A stretch of 64,000 nucleotides of DNA. It comes from Lama glama. Its lineage: Eukaryota. The position numbers were made by a program, and so were the translations under genes. The DNA is taken from NCBI GenBank assembly GCA_028534125.1, contig CM052818.1, forward strand, positions 25,236,001 to 25,300,000. Direction: 5' to 3'. Shown here piece after piece: positions 49,351 through 63,357 of this stretch (position 1 is the stretch's first letter; each line of letters opens with the position of its first letter). The notes beneath the pieces were generated by a model. It was not told the origin of the DNA and made no database searches. It worked only from the letters and a program-made list of their open reading frames with translations.

Positions 49351-50060
49351 TTCACCACACATCTCTTCACAAGCCATTTAGATGCAACGTGGAGCAAGCC
49401 TGGGCATTTGGCTTAGAATGTCCTGATTTTGAGCTGGTTCTGTCCATTCCTACAGAGAGTTCATCGAGCAGTGAGATATTTGGTCAGGAGAGAGATTAGG
49501 AATTATTGCTTCTAAAAACTCTGGTGGAGTCCAGGTGAGCTGGAGTTAGAGCCATCAGTTCCTTTGTGGAATTCCTGCCATGTTCTAACTCCTGCCTGTT
49601 CAGATTCATCTTCCATGAACCCTGTGAGGACTTCAGAAAACAGATAATATTGAGACGTTACCAGGTGAAGTTCTATTTTCTGGTGCTTCATTTTATCATA
49701 TTCAGCAGTTTGGCTGATGTGACAGATATCTAAATATTTACCTGTTCATATCTAAATATGAACCTGTTGAAAGAAAAGGAAAATCGTAGATCAGTAGATC
49801 AAATCACCTACTTAGAAGGAAATAAAATAACATGTAGACTAAAACTTTATGGTTAAGTCTTTTGGCACGTTCAAAATTTTCTCGAGAACCATAGTGCTTA
49901 TCAAGTAGGCTAAATTCATAAATCTACAAAGCTCTGCACCAATAAATTTCTAAAGCAAACGCATGGTTTCTTTTGTCCTCTTCCCAGTCACCTATTTCTA
50001 GGCTATAGAAAAACAAGTGTATGCATGCTTCTATCTAAATAGCTTTAAGATAATAGAACC

Positions 50061-50215
50061 TGTTTTGTTTGTTTGTTCTTTTGGAGGGGGAAGAGGAGAT
50101 AATTAGGTTTATTTATTTATATGAATTTGTTTTTTAATGGCGGTACTGGGGATTGAATCTAGGACCTCATGCATGCTAAGCACCCGCTTCACCGCTGAGC
50201 TATGCCCTACCCCCC
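50061..50215 (-). mobile_element. Vic-1-like SINE
   Basis: ggcggtactggggattgaatctaggacctcatgcatgctaagcac...ctgagctatgccctaccccc. Confidence 0.85.
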
Positions 50216-50609
50216 AGTTTTAAAATACAGTATAATTAAGAGAGTTTTCAGAGTATAATCTGTGATGGGTTTTGCTGGTATCTGAGTGTGTTGCTCAAGT
50301 TGTCTTCCTTTTATAAGAGAGAGAATAGAATCTACAACACTAACAAAGAAATAGCATGAGTAAAGCAGTATGACAGTATTTATTTCAGAAACACTTTTCC
50401 CAGTTGTCTGCGAGCCAGAGCAGATGATTTCTTTCTCCACTGAGATAATCTGTAGATGGAAAAGACTGAATAAGAGTGAAGTTAAAAATGTGTACTCATT
50501 TGAAACATGAGAATTTTTTAAAGTGGTTAGCTCTGTCACTTAACATTTCACTAATCCTAAGACCTGGAATAAGTGGTTCTTCAAATTGTGCGTTCTGTTG
50601 AATCAACTG

Positions 50610-50800
50610 AGAGGCAGTGTAGTGTTGTGATTCAAATTGTGATTTCTGGAACCCGACTGCCTGAGTTCTAATTTCATACTAGCTTCACTGTGCCTGTTTC
50701 CTCATCTGTATAACTGAATAAGAATAACACCTACTTCATAGGGTATTTGTGCAGATTATATGTAATTTGCATAGAAACAATGTTATTTAATTGCTAACTA
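50610..50800 (+). mobile_element. MIR SINE
   Basis: gaggcagtgtagtg...tgtttcctcatctgtataa...cctacttcatagggt. Confidence 0.7.
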
Positions 50801-51207
50801 TTATTATTACTATTAGATTGTATTAAGATACTGCTGGAAAAACTGGGGTGGGATTTTTGAGACTATTTAGAATTTGTGTATTTTTAATTGCTACATTGAT
50901 ATATTTAATTACACTGGCCTTACTTGTTACTTAATATGTAAACCAGTCACCACAAAATTTATGAATGTGTGATGCAAGTCAGAAAAATCAAGCCTCATAT
51001 TTCAATAGAAATCACTATGGATGTGAAAACATTCATGAAAAATTAGAAAAAGCTTTCCTCTTTTTGTGCTTTATTATTATTTTCTTTGAGATCTAAGAGT
51101 TTAAGGATCCATTCCTTCATATATATAAAAGTTAAGGGCAGTAAATGCTCTGAAAAGATTTTGTTACTGTTTTTGATAGCTGCTTTTTTCAACAGCCCTC
51201 TTTCTTT

Positions 51208-51227
51208 TATCCACCAGGTGGCAGTAG
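51208..51227 (+). promoter_or_regulatory. CTCF motif
   Basis: CCACCAGGTGGCAGTA at 51211-51226 closely matches the CTCF core. Confidence 0.6.
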
Positions 51228-51641
51228 AGCACTTTGTACCATGTCCTACTCACCGCAGTACTGACAAGGGTTAGGAGGGCAAAGAAACACCGCACACCAG
51301 AGTATACAGTGTTCCTTCAGCTGGATTCTACAGCATCATATTTTAATCATTTTCTTGAGGATAATGACAATAGACTGGATAAGGTTCTTTTCTATAAATT
51401 CCCAGTTCACTGAAGTAAACACAGACCCATTACAAGAAATAATACATGGAATCTTTGCAGTGGGTGAAAGAACAGCATAGGACTGAACTAAATGAAAAAT
51501 AACGTCCAAATATTTTTCAGTGTATTTAGAATAAATTGACGGAAATAAATCTTTGGCATCCTGGGCTAATTGGCTTTACACAGAAAACTGTGAAGCACTG
51601 TCCTTGGTAACATGATCAAGCTGAGTCCTCTTATTTTCTAG

Positions 51642-51947
<306 letters not shown>

Positions 51948-52529
51948 TGATTTTGCTTTCCCCATTGGACTTAAATTTCTTTGTATCAGCAGCTATGTAA
52001 ATTGATCATCACTTTGGACTTTGGCCGCTCTGATGTTTAACTAATATTAAGAGTACAGCTATAGATGGTTAGAATATTGAAGTTCTTCCGTTCTGGCTGG
52101 TCCTAAGTACCCCCAGTGTTTACCCTCCCCTTCAACCCTGGCCTTCCCCACCCCTGCTCCCCCCAAAGCATCCCACTCCAGCCCAACTACTTCTCCCCAC
52201 AAACCAGCAACTAAGAGAGCAATTCCTGGCACAGAGGGGCCCATAGGACTGTGCCAGTGCCCCTTTAGGCATCTGTGTGGATTGGTCCCTGCCTGTGCTC
52301 CACTGGCTCTTGGCGTATTGACTGTCACCCCCACCTGTGTATAGACATATGACACAAGCGTTTTGTTAGAAATTGTTTTTACTCTGATAGGATCTGATAT
52401 GTAAGCGTCATTAGTTCTCAGTGTAAACTTTTTCCTATCCTAAAAATCTTACAGTTTTAGAGCCATGAGAGAGCTTAGAGATGCTTCTCATCCAGCAGCC
52501 TTATTTCATCAGAGAGGAAACGGAGGCGG

Positions 52530-52700
52530 AGCGTGGCGCTCCTCAAATATTGACGCGCACCGGGATCCGGGGAGGGAGGTGGTTCTTGTTGAAATGCAGA
52601 GTCTGAGTCGAGGTCTGGGGTCAGCCTGAGATTCTGCGTTTCTAACATACTCCCTGATGGAGCCAGCAGCAGCTTGTCCATGGACCACACTTTGTGTAAC
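52530..52700 (+). mobile_element. MER5A-like MITE (CpG-rich)
   Basis: gcctgagattctgcgtttctaaca...ccatggaccacactttg. Confidence 0.7.
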
Positions 52701-52959
52701 GAAACTGATTTCCTCAGAAACACACAGCTGACCTTTACTTTTGACAGGTGTCTTAGGAAAACACCAGAAATTCAGTTTTTAAAGAGAGATAATATTTATT
52801 ATATCATCTATCCTTTTCAAGTATTATTTGTAGCAGGTTTCCTCAACTAAAAAGTTTCAGTGTTTCGTTTAAAATGTAATTTGATAAACATGGAGTTTTC
52901 AAGAGCACACCCATCATGATTTAAAAAACAAGGAACAAAAAAAGTTCCCTGTTACCTCG

Positions 52960-52979
52960 TAGCCAGCAGAGGGCGCTAG
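52960..52979 (+). promoter_or_regulatory. CTCF motif
   Basis: CCAGCAGAGGGCGCTA at 52963-52978, near-consensus with CpG retained. Confidence 0.68.
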
Positions 52980-53960
52980 TCAGACAGCCAGCTCATCACA
53001 GAACTGAACTGCAGGGTGTGTCTGAACCTGGCAGTGGGTTGTTTTCTAATAAAAGATGCTTTTTATCCACCCTCTCCCACCAAGCCTTCAAGTAAAGTTA
53101 ATGCTTAACCTCCTGGGTTGCAAGAGCCCAATTTGACAGTGCACTTGAAGGTAAAAAGTAGCCAGACTCCAACTCTTTCTGGTCTCCAGTGATGGCTCTC
53201 AGAATGAATGTACATCTTTCCTGCTTTTGGTATGTTTCACCCTGTGCCCTGAACAGATCCCTTCTGTGATACATCTACCTTACCTTCCTCACAGGCTCCT
53301 ATTATTTACATTTTGCTCTGATTCCCCTCCCCTCCCCCTGCTTCCTGCTACTACCTGTTTTACTTTCGACAAGTCACTATTTTTCTGGGCTAAGTTCATT
53401 TTATTTGCAGAAAAGATCTAAATTGCCGATATACCCAAAGACAGGAGATTTGACCAGGTTAAACCTTGTCGTTGCATCCACCGTAGCACCCGGGACTCCC
53501 TGACTCTCCTGGCAGAGACCGTTTTGCTCCTGTCCTGCAGTTTGTGCCTCAGCACTGAGCTCACCTGTGTGACCTGTTTCCTCCACTGTTGGCCTTTCTG
53601 CTCTTGTCGACGGTGGAGCACATAGAAAACAAATGGATCTGGTGCTCTGGGCACGTCCTTAATGTATAATGGATTCCCTTTATCCCGCACTGCGGAGCAG
53701 CAGGCACATAATCACAGGGTGATTTCTTTGTGGTGGTTCTATTTTTTGGTCAAGCCATGCTTACAAGTGCTGAGGGAGAGGGTGCTATATAAGCCCCCAT
53801 ACTTAAGACTCTACTGGACCTGCAAAACATGTACTGAGCTTCTATTATATACAAAATACTTCTCTCTGTCCATATATCTTTCTGAGTAAGTGGTGCATAG
53901 GGTTTAGAAAGTTGATTTGTCTCCCATACTGGGACAACAACACGGAGATGTGTTATACGC

Positions 53961-54185
53961 AGGAATGATCAGATGTCCTGGTTTGTAGCTTTTGTACCAT
54001 TGTTCAGTCTGGTTAGCATTCTGTTTGTCTGCTTAGCATCTTCTTTCAAAAATATACTGGTTTGCATGTGAAATTATACGGTCACCTTAGCCATAGGCAG
54101 GATGACCGTATGTGTCAATTTGCCAGGAACAGTCCTGGCTTATACTTGTTACCCTGGTTGGATGATAAATTGTGCAGTTACTGTA
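53961..54185. mobile_element. two tandem hAT-Blackjack (MER94/MER81-like) MITE remnants
   Basis: Ends resembling AGGGTGACC: tatacggtcacctt (~54088) and aggatgaccgtatg (54099). Confidence 0.55.
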
Positions 54186-54789
54186 GTGACAGATGATTTT
54201 ACTTAGTCAAGATTGGTTTGATTTGGGGGGGGTTTACAACATTAAACAGAGGCTGCCTCGTGAAATGCTTCAGTTTGGGAATCAAATTTAACATATAAAA
54301 CATCTGAGCATAAGAGAGAACAAGAATCAAAGAAGAGAGCTGAAAATGTGATAAATAAATTTAAAACACAGACCAACTGTAGGGACTCCTAGAATATGCA
54401 GTTGAATCAGATTTGAGGGTTGAGATCTAGTATTTCTGAGAGCCAACACTAAAATCCAGACCAGGTTTAAATCCAGCTGACGTTTCCATTAAATCCATGG
54501 CAATATGTAAGCTAAATGGGTATTGATGATTTTTATAGTCTTTTGCTCAATAATTCCATTACCATTCTTTATTCAGTTCATTTTATGACTTTTTATTTAG
54601 AATTTCCATTAAATGCATAAAATATTTTTTATTTTAGTGTTTGTATTTCAAGTTGTACTTTATTTGCTATCTCTGAGAGATTCAAGCAGCTTAGTTACCC
54701 TTTATTATGGGGTACATAAGATAAATTCTTAAATTTCTTCCAATTTTAAGATTCTATGATTCTTACTCAGAGTAGTTTTTCTCTTGTGA

Positions 54790-55050
<261 letters not shown>

Positions 55051-55319
55051 TAAGTAATCTAGAAACTAAAGTTCTGTCTGGCCGGTTCTCAGTTTCATTA
55101 TATGTGGGATTAACTCTGGCAAATTCAAATCTGAGCCCCTTTCTACCCGAATGCATCTGCTGGCCCCCCATCTCCAACCTCAGGTTGTGCTCAAAGGGCA
55201 AACAAACATTGACCTACAATAAATATAATATATAGTACTTAATAGTAAAATGTGAAACCCTGGATATTTTTACCACCTCTGAGATTCCTCCTGGGTGAGA
55301 TTGCTTCCCTCCTTTGAAT

Positions 55320-55800
55320 ACCCATGGAGTTTTATTGTCATCCCTGTTATGGTACTTGGTACCTACTACCTTATATATTTTCTGTGCATTCTGTCTTCCC
55401 AGACTGTAAGGTTTTGGAGTGTAGAATTTGTGTCTAATTCATCTTAGTAGCTTAGTGCCCTGCATTCTTTCATTGATTCACTTCAGAAATCTTACTGAAC
55501 ACCTGCTGGTGCAGAGAATAGAAAGATATAAGGGCACAATCCTGCCCTCAAGAAGGTTAAAATCTAAAGAAGAGACAGATACTCAAAGTAGCAATTACAA
55601 TTGACAGTGTAGCAATGACAAATGATGATTTAGACTGGGTTACTGTTGGTGCACAGGATACACAGGAGAAGCAGCTCCAACATCTGTTGGTCCTGGGGAA
55701 TCAGGGAAGCTTCTGGAGAGGAGGAAGCATTTGGGCTGAGACTTTGAAAAGGGGAAGAGTTGGCCAAGTGGACAATCTTGGAGGAATGCACAGATGCAAG
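55320..55800. mobile_element. L2 fragments (tail-to-tail)
   Basis: agactgtaaggttttggag..; ttcattgattca..cacaatcctgccctcaagaag. Confidence 0.55.
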
Positions 55801-58800
55801 ATAGAACAGGGCATAGTCAAGCAGCTCTTTTGTTCTCTATGTGTTTAGCAACCACAAGGCTTTCTGAACTACCCTACTTTCCACTCTGAGTTTTTCAAGT
55901 GCATTTAGCAGTGCCAGTGTATACAGCGTGCTTTTGGTCAGCCCTGAGATGTGGCTCTACACAGCGAAATGCAAATAGGAACAATGCAGAATATGCCACT
56001 CTTTTACGAAATCCTGGGTACTTGATTAATTTTGGTTCATTAATTTAATTAACAGTGATTAACTTAAAATTCATCTACTTTCACTCCCTCCCTAAAACCT
56101 ACTTAAATCGCAGCCAACGGAGTATTAAACCCGGTAAATAGCACACAGAGCTAAACAACCAGGCAGCATACATACCAAGCCTATTTGACCTTTGCTCATT
56201 AGGGCAAATTCACAATTTGAAGAAATAACTGATTTGTGAATATGAGATGATCGATGTAGTGGACATGTGGAATGAAATGTGGGATGGTGAGATAATCAAG
56301 AGACTTGAGGGCTAAACTATATCATAAAGAAGAGCTGATTTAACACCGGAGTAAGGTGTGAAAGTGTACTGCTTCCCCTGCCAAACGAAGGCTCCTGTGC
56401 CCTCTGCTTTTTGAGTAGAGGGAAAAGCACTTGTTAGATCAACAGCTGCATACTAAATGCCGAGACAGTGTTGGATTTGCTCCAGCTAGGAAACTCCATG
56501 TGTGTAAAGCAACTGCAGTTGGTTTCATCTGATTACATTTGAAATACTCCCATTCTCTAAGATCCTTTTCTGTTCAAAATAGGTACCATAGGTAAGTTAT
56601 TGGCAACGTGATAGGAATTACCACCCTACCCAATAGGAAGGATTTCCTTTCGCTATCATTGCTCTGTACATAATGGAATAATCCTGCCTTCAAGAAGCTT
56701 TAAATCTAATGAAGACTCAGATATAAAGGAACAGTTGGAAATGACTATCATGCTGTTATTATATGGGTCTGTAAAACCACAGCTATCCACTCCTGGCTGG
56801 CGACAGCACATCATTACATCTGTAAATCTGTATTTCAATTTTTTCTTTTAATTCAGCCTTACTGAGGAATAATTGACATATAAAAGGCTTGAATTTCCTC
56901 TCAGCTAACTGATTGTAGAAAATTTCCCATCAGACTGCTGGTGTGGGTAGGTGGAGGGATGGCAGTGCATCGTGAGCAGTGAGAAATACTTTAGTTAGGG
57001 GAGCACCGGCTTCACGTCCTGGATGCTGAGGCAGGGAGAGTCTTCCTTTGAAATGGCTTCCTGACTTACTGGAGATGATGAGATCCCAGGGTGACAGAGG
57101 CCAAGTAGTACTGCTTCACTGTCTTCACACACAGAGCCAGAGGGATAATCAGAATGGTTTGATCTGACTATGGATTCTCCCGCACCACGATAGATGGGCA
57201 CATCACTGTGGTTCTGTTTGTTCTGTATAAACTAGTGACTCTCAGTTAATCAACAGAAATTAATTAACCTCAGATAAATTCAGTCTGTGTTGTCATTTAG
57301 CACCCTGCAGGATTATTCTCAGTGTGTGATTTTTCAGTCATCTCATGGTTGTCCCAGTGGTCAATGGAGCGAGCCTTACAGATAAAAAAATAAGGGCAAA
57401 CATTGAAAATTCTGGTGTCCTAACTGTGCCTTGAACCAAAATAGTAAAAGCCCTATAGCTATCCTTTTCTCAATTGATTTTTTCCAGTGAAATGAAAAAT
57501 GGCCAGCCCACCTCACTTTTCTTTTATGACTTTCCCGTATGTTCCCATGTTGTTTGATCACACCCAGTCCAGCAAAGCCTTGTCTTGAATGGGCACTTTA
57601 TTCCAGATGACCGCAGGTGATTATGCAAATAACGGGTTCATCGCTGGACGCCCATTTCCCAGTGTTCTAGCCGCTAATGGTAATCACATCCCCCTTCAGA
57701 ACCAACTACGTCAGACAGCCTAGATTCCCAAGGCCTTGATTTTGTTTCCCAGACCCACTCCTGGCATCACAGTCTGAACTAATTAGGATTCAACAACAGA
57801 GTCCACTCTAGCTAGTTGAAGCAAAAAGGGGTTTATTGCAGGGTATTATTATGTACAACTTCTGAGAGTGCCGGAGAAAGAAGCTTAGTTGAGCACCTGT
57901 TAGGTACCAGTTACTGTTCCAGGCCCCAGAGCTACAATAATGGACAAGATAAAAATCCTTGCAGAGTTACAAGCCTTTGAAGAACAATAAAGCTCACTGA
58001 GAAATTCGAGAATGCCTAGGGAAGAGAGTAGGAGGATGAATAAACACAAAGCTTTGGAGGTTTAGACAAGCCTGGCCTGTTCAGGGAATAGCAGACGCTA
58101 ATGGGGCTCAGGAGGAGGTGGAAACGTGGTAGGAGATAAAGGCGGGACGGGGGGAGGGCACTTATAATAGACATGAAATCATTAGGAGGCTGGGAGGCCA
58201 AAATAAAGGTTGGGTTATTGTAGGATAGCAAGGACCGATTCGCCTTGGGTACCCATAATGAAATCATGTTCTCCGTATCGAGTTATGTAACAAACTAAAA
58301 CAGAGATAATGAGCTCTGACATCAGAGCCAGGATTCCCTGAGTGGCTAAGGGAGCAGCCTCTGAGCAATCCAGCCTGAATCCCTGACCCTGCGACCCTTC
58401 CTCACCCCTTCAGGGTTGATCCAGGATATCTGGTTTTTGCTTTTAGGCCTTCACTATTACTGTCAGTATTTCTGCACTCACCCAAAGTATACTATTTAAA
58501 CATCGAGTATCAGGTGACTTCTGCAGGTTTTATCCATGCCAGAATGCCTTGGGAAATGCTGGCTGTGGCTGGATCGTGTCTCAGGGCTCCGTCTTTCTGG
58601 AATGAGCACTCTGTGATTCTGTATTCTCTTTGATAACCATCTTCTCTTTGTGAGATCAGTGGCATTTATTTGCAGCTGTTATTTGTACGTATGTTGTTTT
58701 TCCTAAGATGGAATCTCTTCTTGGAATCGAGCTCACAGGATTCTCATTTGAGCAGAGCCGGTGACACTTCCCGTGATACGCCGCTAAACACCCCTCTTCC

Positions 58801-59029
58801 ACAGCAATAGCTGGGGAGTTCCTTATGACATGACTTCATGCCCAGTTCCACGATATTAGCGCTGGTAACCAGGGTTCTGCCGGTTTCTGAACCCTCGCCC
58901 GTACCTGGTTTCCCAGACCCAGCCCTTCATCCCCAGCCCCTGGGGTCTTTAGACCCGCCCAGCGCTCCGTCTCTACACGAGTAGGGCATGTGTTACTCTT
59001 GCCAGTCCCTCCCAGGATCTGAAATCCAT

Positions 59030-59400
59030 TTTCCTCCCTCCGCCACCGCCACCCTAATCTAAGTCACCAGATCTCACCTGGAGTATTAATATTAGCTGTC
59101 TAATTAACCTCCTGGTATCCACTTTGCCCCCAAAGATCCATTCTGTCTGTTTTGTCACTTGCCTTCTTGAGTCCTTTCAATGACCTCCTTTTGAACTTAG
59201 AGTGAAATGCAAATTCCTCGCCAAGGCTGAGGAGGCCCTCGGTGGTTTGGGCCCCACCAGCCCACCAGCTTCCCTGGCATCTTAGCCGCACCGGCCGCCT
59301 GGTTGTTTTCCCCACACTCTCCACTCTTTCTCACCTCCGGGCCTCTCCCTGCTCCTTCAAGGCTGTTTTTATTCCTGTACTGGGTCTCAGTCCCCTATAC
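59030..59400 (+). mobile_element. L2 fragment
   Basis: tctcacctggagtattaatatt..acctcctggtatcc..cttagagtgaaatgcaaattcct. Confidence 0.55.
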
Positions 59401-60619
59401 CGGCCTCATCAGATCTCAGACCGTCACCGCCTGAGCCATGGTGATGTCAAAACCCAGACTCTTTGGGGACAGATTTCTCAGTCAACTGGTGAGGTATTTT
59501 TCCATTTCCCCACCTCAGAAAACTGAAGGCACAGATAACTTGCCCAAGGCGATGGGACCAGGAGGCAGCACGGCTGGGGTCGGACTGTGTCTCGTCTGCG
59601 CAAATGGCTGTACCGTTCTTTCCGCCTCATTATAAAATGTAAGGTGTTGTCTCAGGTTTGGCTCTGCTCTGCGTGAAGGGAGGAGGATAAATCTATATCA
59701 GAATTCAGTGTAGGAAATAGAAATCACTGTAGATATTTCAAGCGGAAAGCGATTTAACACTGAGAATTAGGTGATTTCACAATATTGAGAGGAAAGGCTG
59801 AAGGGGGAGGCATGCCACCGTCATTGTGAGCTGAGATGAGGAAACTGCTCTGAGCAAAACTGCAGCCCACGTGTTGTTGTGCCTGGCGTGTACCCCAGCC
59901 TCCCGGGCCTGGTCACTAGTGCCACACCCGAACCACAGTCACAGAGGCCATCCCACTGCTCTGCATGACCAGCTGCATCTGTGCAATGATGAGTTCAGTT
60001 TTTAAAGAGTGATCTAAACACATGATATAAATATCCAGTTACGGCTGCCGTCACCAGGGGAGAATCCCGGGCTATCCTGCTGGAGAGGCCACGTGGAGGG
60101 GCGCCGAGGCTCCCCGGCTGGTAGCCCGGACACGCGAGTGAGGCCTCCCTGCAGCCTCGTGAGTGCCTGCAGGAGACTGCACAGCTGAGCCCAGGCTGTT
60201 AAACAAAATACAAAATCCCGTGAAGGAAATACATGGAGCCCAGGCCGCAAGTTATGTCCCATGGGCCTTCTCTCTGCAAATCCCTGATCTCAAGAGGCCG
60301 GTTCTTGCTAATCTGGCTGCCTCCCAGCTGCCTCTCAGAGCCCTTCTCATCCCTCCACCTCCACCCCAGGCAAAAACCCCGTTGGCTTTTATTGTCCAAC
60401 GCCCCCCAAATAAAAACCTCCTGCCACTCCACCCCCAAAAATCCAAATATGATAAAATATTAAAACTGAGTGATGGGTGTGTTTGGAATATTAGATAATT
60501 TTATGTCTTTTAATCAAAAAATTCTTACAGGAGATATTCTGTAAAAAAAAAAAACAAAAACAAAAAAAAAAACTCTTGTTCTTCAGATTTTTTTAAATAG
60601 TAAACCACAGCCTCATCTC

Positions 60620-62620
60620 CATGAACAGGGTTGAAAAGGAAGCAACACACTAGGAAAAACAGTTGCAGCCACATGCAGACGCTGATACACACCGAGTCCT
60701 CTTAAATCAATCTGGAGAAGAGTAAATAGGCCCATCAGAAAGCAGTACAGGCCATGAACAGGGAGCACACAAAAGGAGACATTCAATGTTCATCAGTGTG
60801 AAAATTAAAATCATGAATGAAATGAAATGAATGAAACCCGAAACAAGTTATCTTTCTATTTTAACCACAGATTGGCAAACGTAACACTGGCAAAACTGTC
60901 TTGTTGGCAAGACAGCGAGGAGATAGGGTCTCGGACGCACAGGTGTTTGGCGGGGTGTGCGTGGGCATGACGTCCCTCAGAGAGGGTAGTTTTTGGCAGA
61001 CGTGGCTGTGAAGGCATCAGCATGGGACAGTGGTCTGAGCAATGAAAAGACAGCAACAGAAAAGTTAAAGGGAATGTAATTGCTACAGTTGCTAGAAATG
61101 GATACACAAAGTAGACTAAGTACTCCCAGACAGACACTAGTTGCCCAGAACCCCTATTCCCCAGTGGAAGATCCTTTGCGATGTTTTTCACACGGCGCGA
61201 GGAATCTGCAGGGGTGAGAAGCTTCCAGCCTCGCACTCTCATGGGCCCCTCACTCTCCCCGGCCTCCCCGGCTGTGTACCTGCCTGCTTACAGGCATCTG
61301 TAACTGTGCTAAAACAGCTCCTGCACACACTTGAGTGTTAACTGCCAACAAGAATTGGATGAATTGAAGATCAGTCTACGAGTATGTCTCTTTTCCTGCA
61401 AGGTCTCAAGTCTACCTGAAGTTCATACCTGCAGGATCAAAATACAACATGTGCCTACCTCTGGTGCCAGAAATCCCACTTCTAGAACTTCCTTTAAAAA
61501 GATAATTGCACAACTAATACAGGAAAATGGGATGTGAGAGGATGGCCATGTGTCAGGTCTCAGTTGAGTCCCTGGGACGTGCCCCCGTCAAGTGAGGGTC
61601 CTTGGCTTCATGCAGGAAATATAATTCAAGAGGGAGACACAGTTCATTAAAAGTAGATTTATTCAGAGAGATGTACTGTCCATAGACAGAGGGCAGGCCA
61701 TCTCAGAAGTCAGGAGAAAGGCCATGAGGTGAGGGGTTGGGTGTTGAGTTTAAAGTGAAAGTAGATACACACTCCACAGACAGAGTGCGGGCCGTCTCCC
61801 GAGGTGACAGAGCGGGAGGCTGCGAGGTGTCGTGTTGCTAGTGTTTCTGGTCTCGGTAGCTTACAAGTGGGAGGAGTATTCCAGCTACTTTGGGGAAGGG
61901 GCTGGGATTGCCAGGAATTGGGCCACCTCCCTCTTTCTGACCTTCTATAGTTAGCCTCAGAAGTGTCGTGGCTCCTGCGGGCGTGTCATTCACCATGCTC
62001 ATATATTACAGTGAGCATATAATGAAGCTCAGGGTCTACTGGAAGTCAAGTCTCCCGCCGTCTTGGGCCTCAAGGTCCGCTGGGAGTTGAATTTTCTGCC
62101 ATCTTGGTCCTCACTGCTGTGTCATTCCTTTAATGGCTGTGCCCTATCCCCTTCCGTCCTGTCTCACAACTTCCACAAGTTAGATGATTAGATATTTGAT
62201 GAAGCATCGTTTCTAGAAGTGAAAATTGGGTCAATCTAATTGCTTATCCTTGGGGACTAAGTAAATTATGATACATCCATGTCATAAATCCTTGGCCACT
62301 GGAATATACGTATACATGTTAGTATCTGTACCTCAGGGCATAGGATGTTTCTGAAAGAGGCTGGGGAAGGTTGCCAAGGGTGAAATGGGTGGCTAAGCAG
62401 GTGTGAGAGAGAATTCTTCATGGATATTCTTTTAGCTGCAGAAACTTTGAGCCATATGAATGCATTTAATTTAAAGTTAAAGGTAAATGCAGAGAGAGGG
62501 AGAGAACCTGAGATTGCTCAGGGGGCAGCCACTGTAAGTTACAGCAGCTATTTTAGGGTAGCAAGATTGATTCAACACTTTTCATTCCTTGTCTATATTG
62601 TTTGAGTTTTCATGATAAGC
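60620..62620 (+). mobile_element. old L1ME-like 3' fragments interrupted by an LTR
   Basis: acagattggcaaa, agaaatcccacttctagaact, taaattatgatacatccat motifs. Confidence 0.6.
61551..62166 (-). mobile_element. solo ERV (ERV1-like) LTR
   Basis: TG...CA termini; minus strand starts TGAGACAGG; AATAAA on minus strand at 61658-61663; internal duplication; interrupts an L1 fragment. Confidence 0.7.
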
Positions 62621-62853
62621 ACGTATAATTTTGACAGATGTAAAAACTTCAGATTACACAGGAGAATTATACAACTATAATGAAAAAATAGTAAATCGAT
62701 TTTCACTAAAACGTTTCAAAATTTTTTTCCAAGACCCCCTTTGCACTGCACTCGCTGACCATGACAAGCCCTGCCCATTCAATTTCTATTCCCAGTTCTG
62801 CTCCTGAAACCCTATCCTGAGAGGTTTCATTTCCTTTTCTATTTTTTCCCCAG

Positions 62854-62926
62854 AGTTGCTGATGGAGTGATCAAAAGTGTTTTATGGCAAACACTTCAAG
62901 CTCTTAATTTCTGCCATAAACATAAT
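62854..62926 (+). CDS. CDKL4: CDKL4 coding exon 3 (VADGVIKSVLWQTLQALNFCHKHN); gene continues past window
   Basis: ccag|A GTT...AAT|gtaagt; 73 nt; in phase. Confidence 0.95.
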
Positions 62927-63357
62927 GTAAGTAACATTTTCTGATTTATTTGCTGATTTTTTTCACCATGCATGACTCTTTTCCTGTAAATAGCTCAGGG
63001 GTCTGTTGGAGAAGCTAATGATAGAGGGAAAGTTAGAACCAGGAGAGCAAAACAAAACAAAGTTACAGAATATGACGGAAGGTCATGCATTATTCATGGC
63101 CCCTTTCCAATTTCTGTAAGAATCAAATTACTCATTCCTTATGAATTAAAAGTTTGTATAAACTTAATGTTTCCTTTTGCTGCAGTGCTAATGATGCCTA
63201 TGATTATTTTTAAATTGGGTTAAAATAAGTTTTCAGGGTATCAGTAGTGTATCTCATCATAGCACTCGATTTTGTTTTGTTTTCATGTCCCTTAAGTCTT
63301 TTATTCTATAACAGTTCTCCTTCCCCTACCTTTTTTCCCCCATCATTAATTGTTTTA

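Noticed and set aside
60086..60105. GGCCACGTGGAGGGGCGCC as a third CTCF site
   Set aside because: Spacing does not fit the CTCF core; better read as an E-box in a GC-rich patch.
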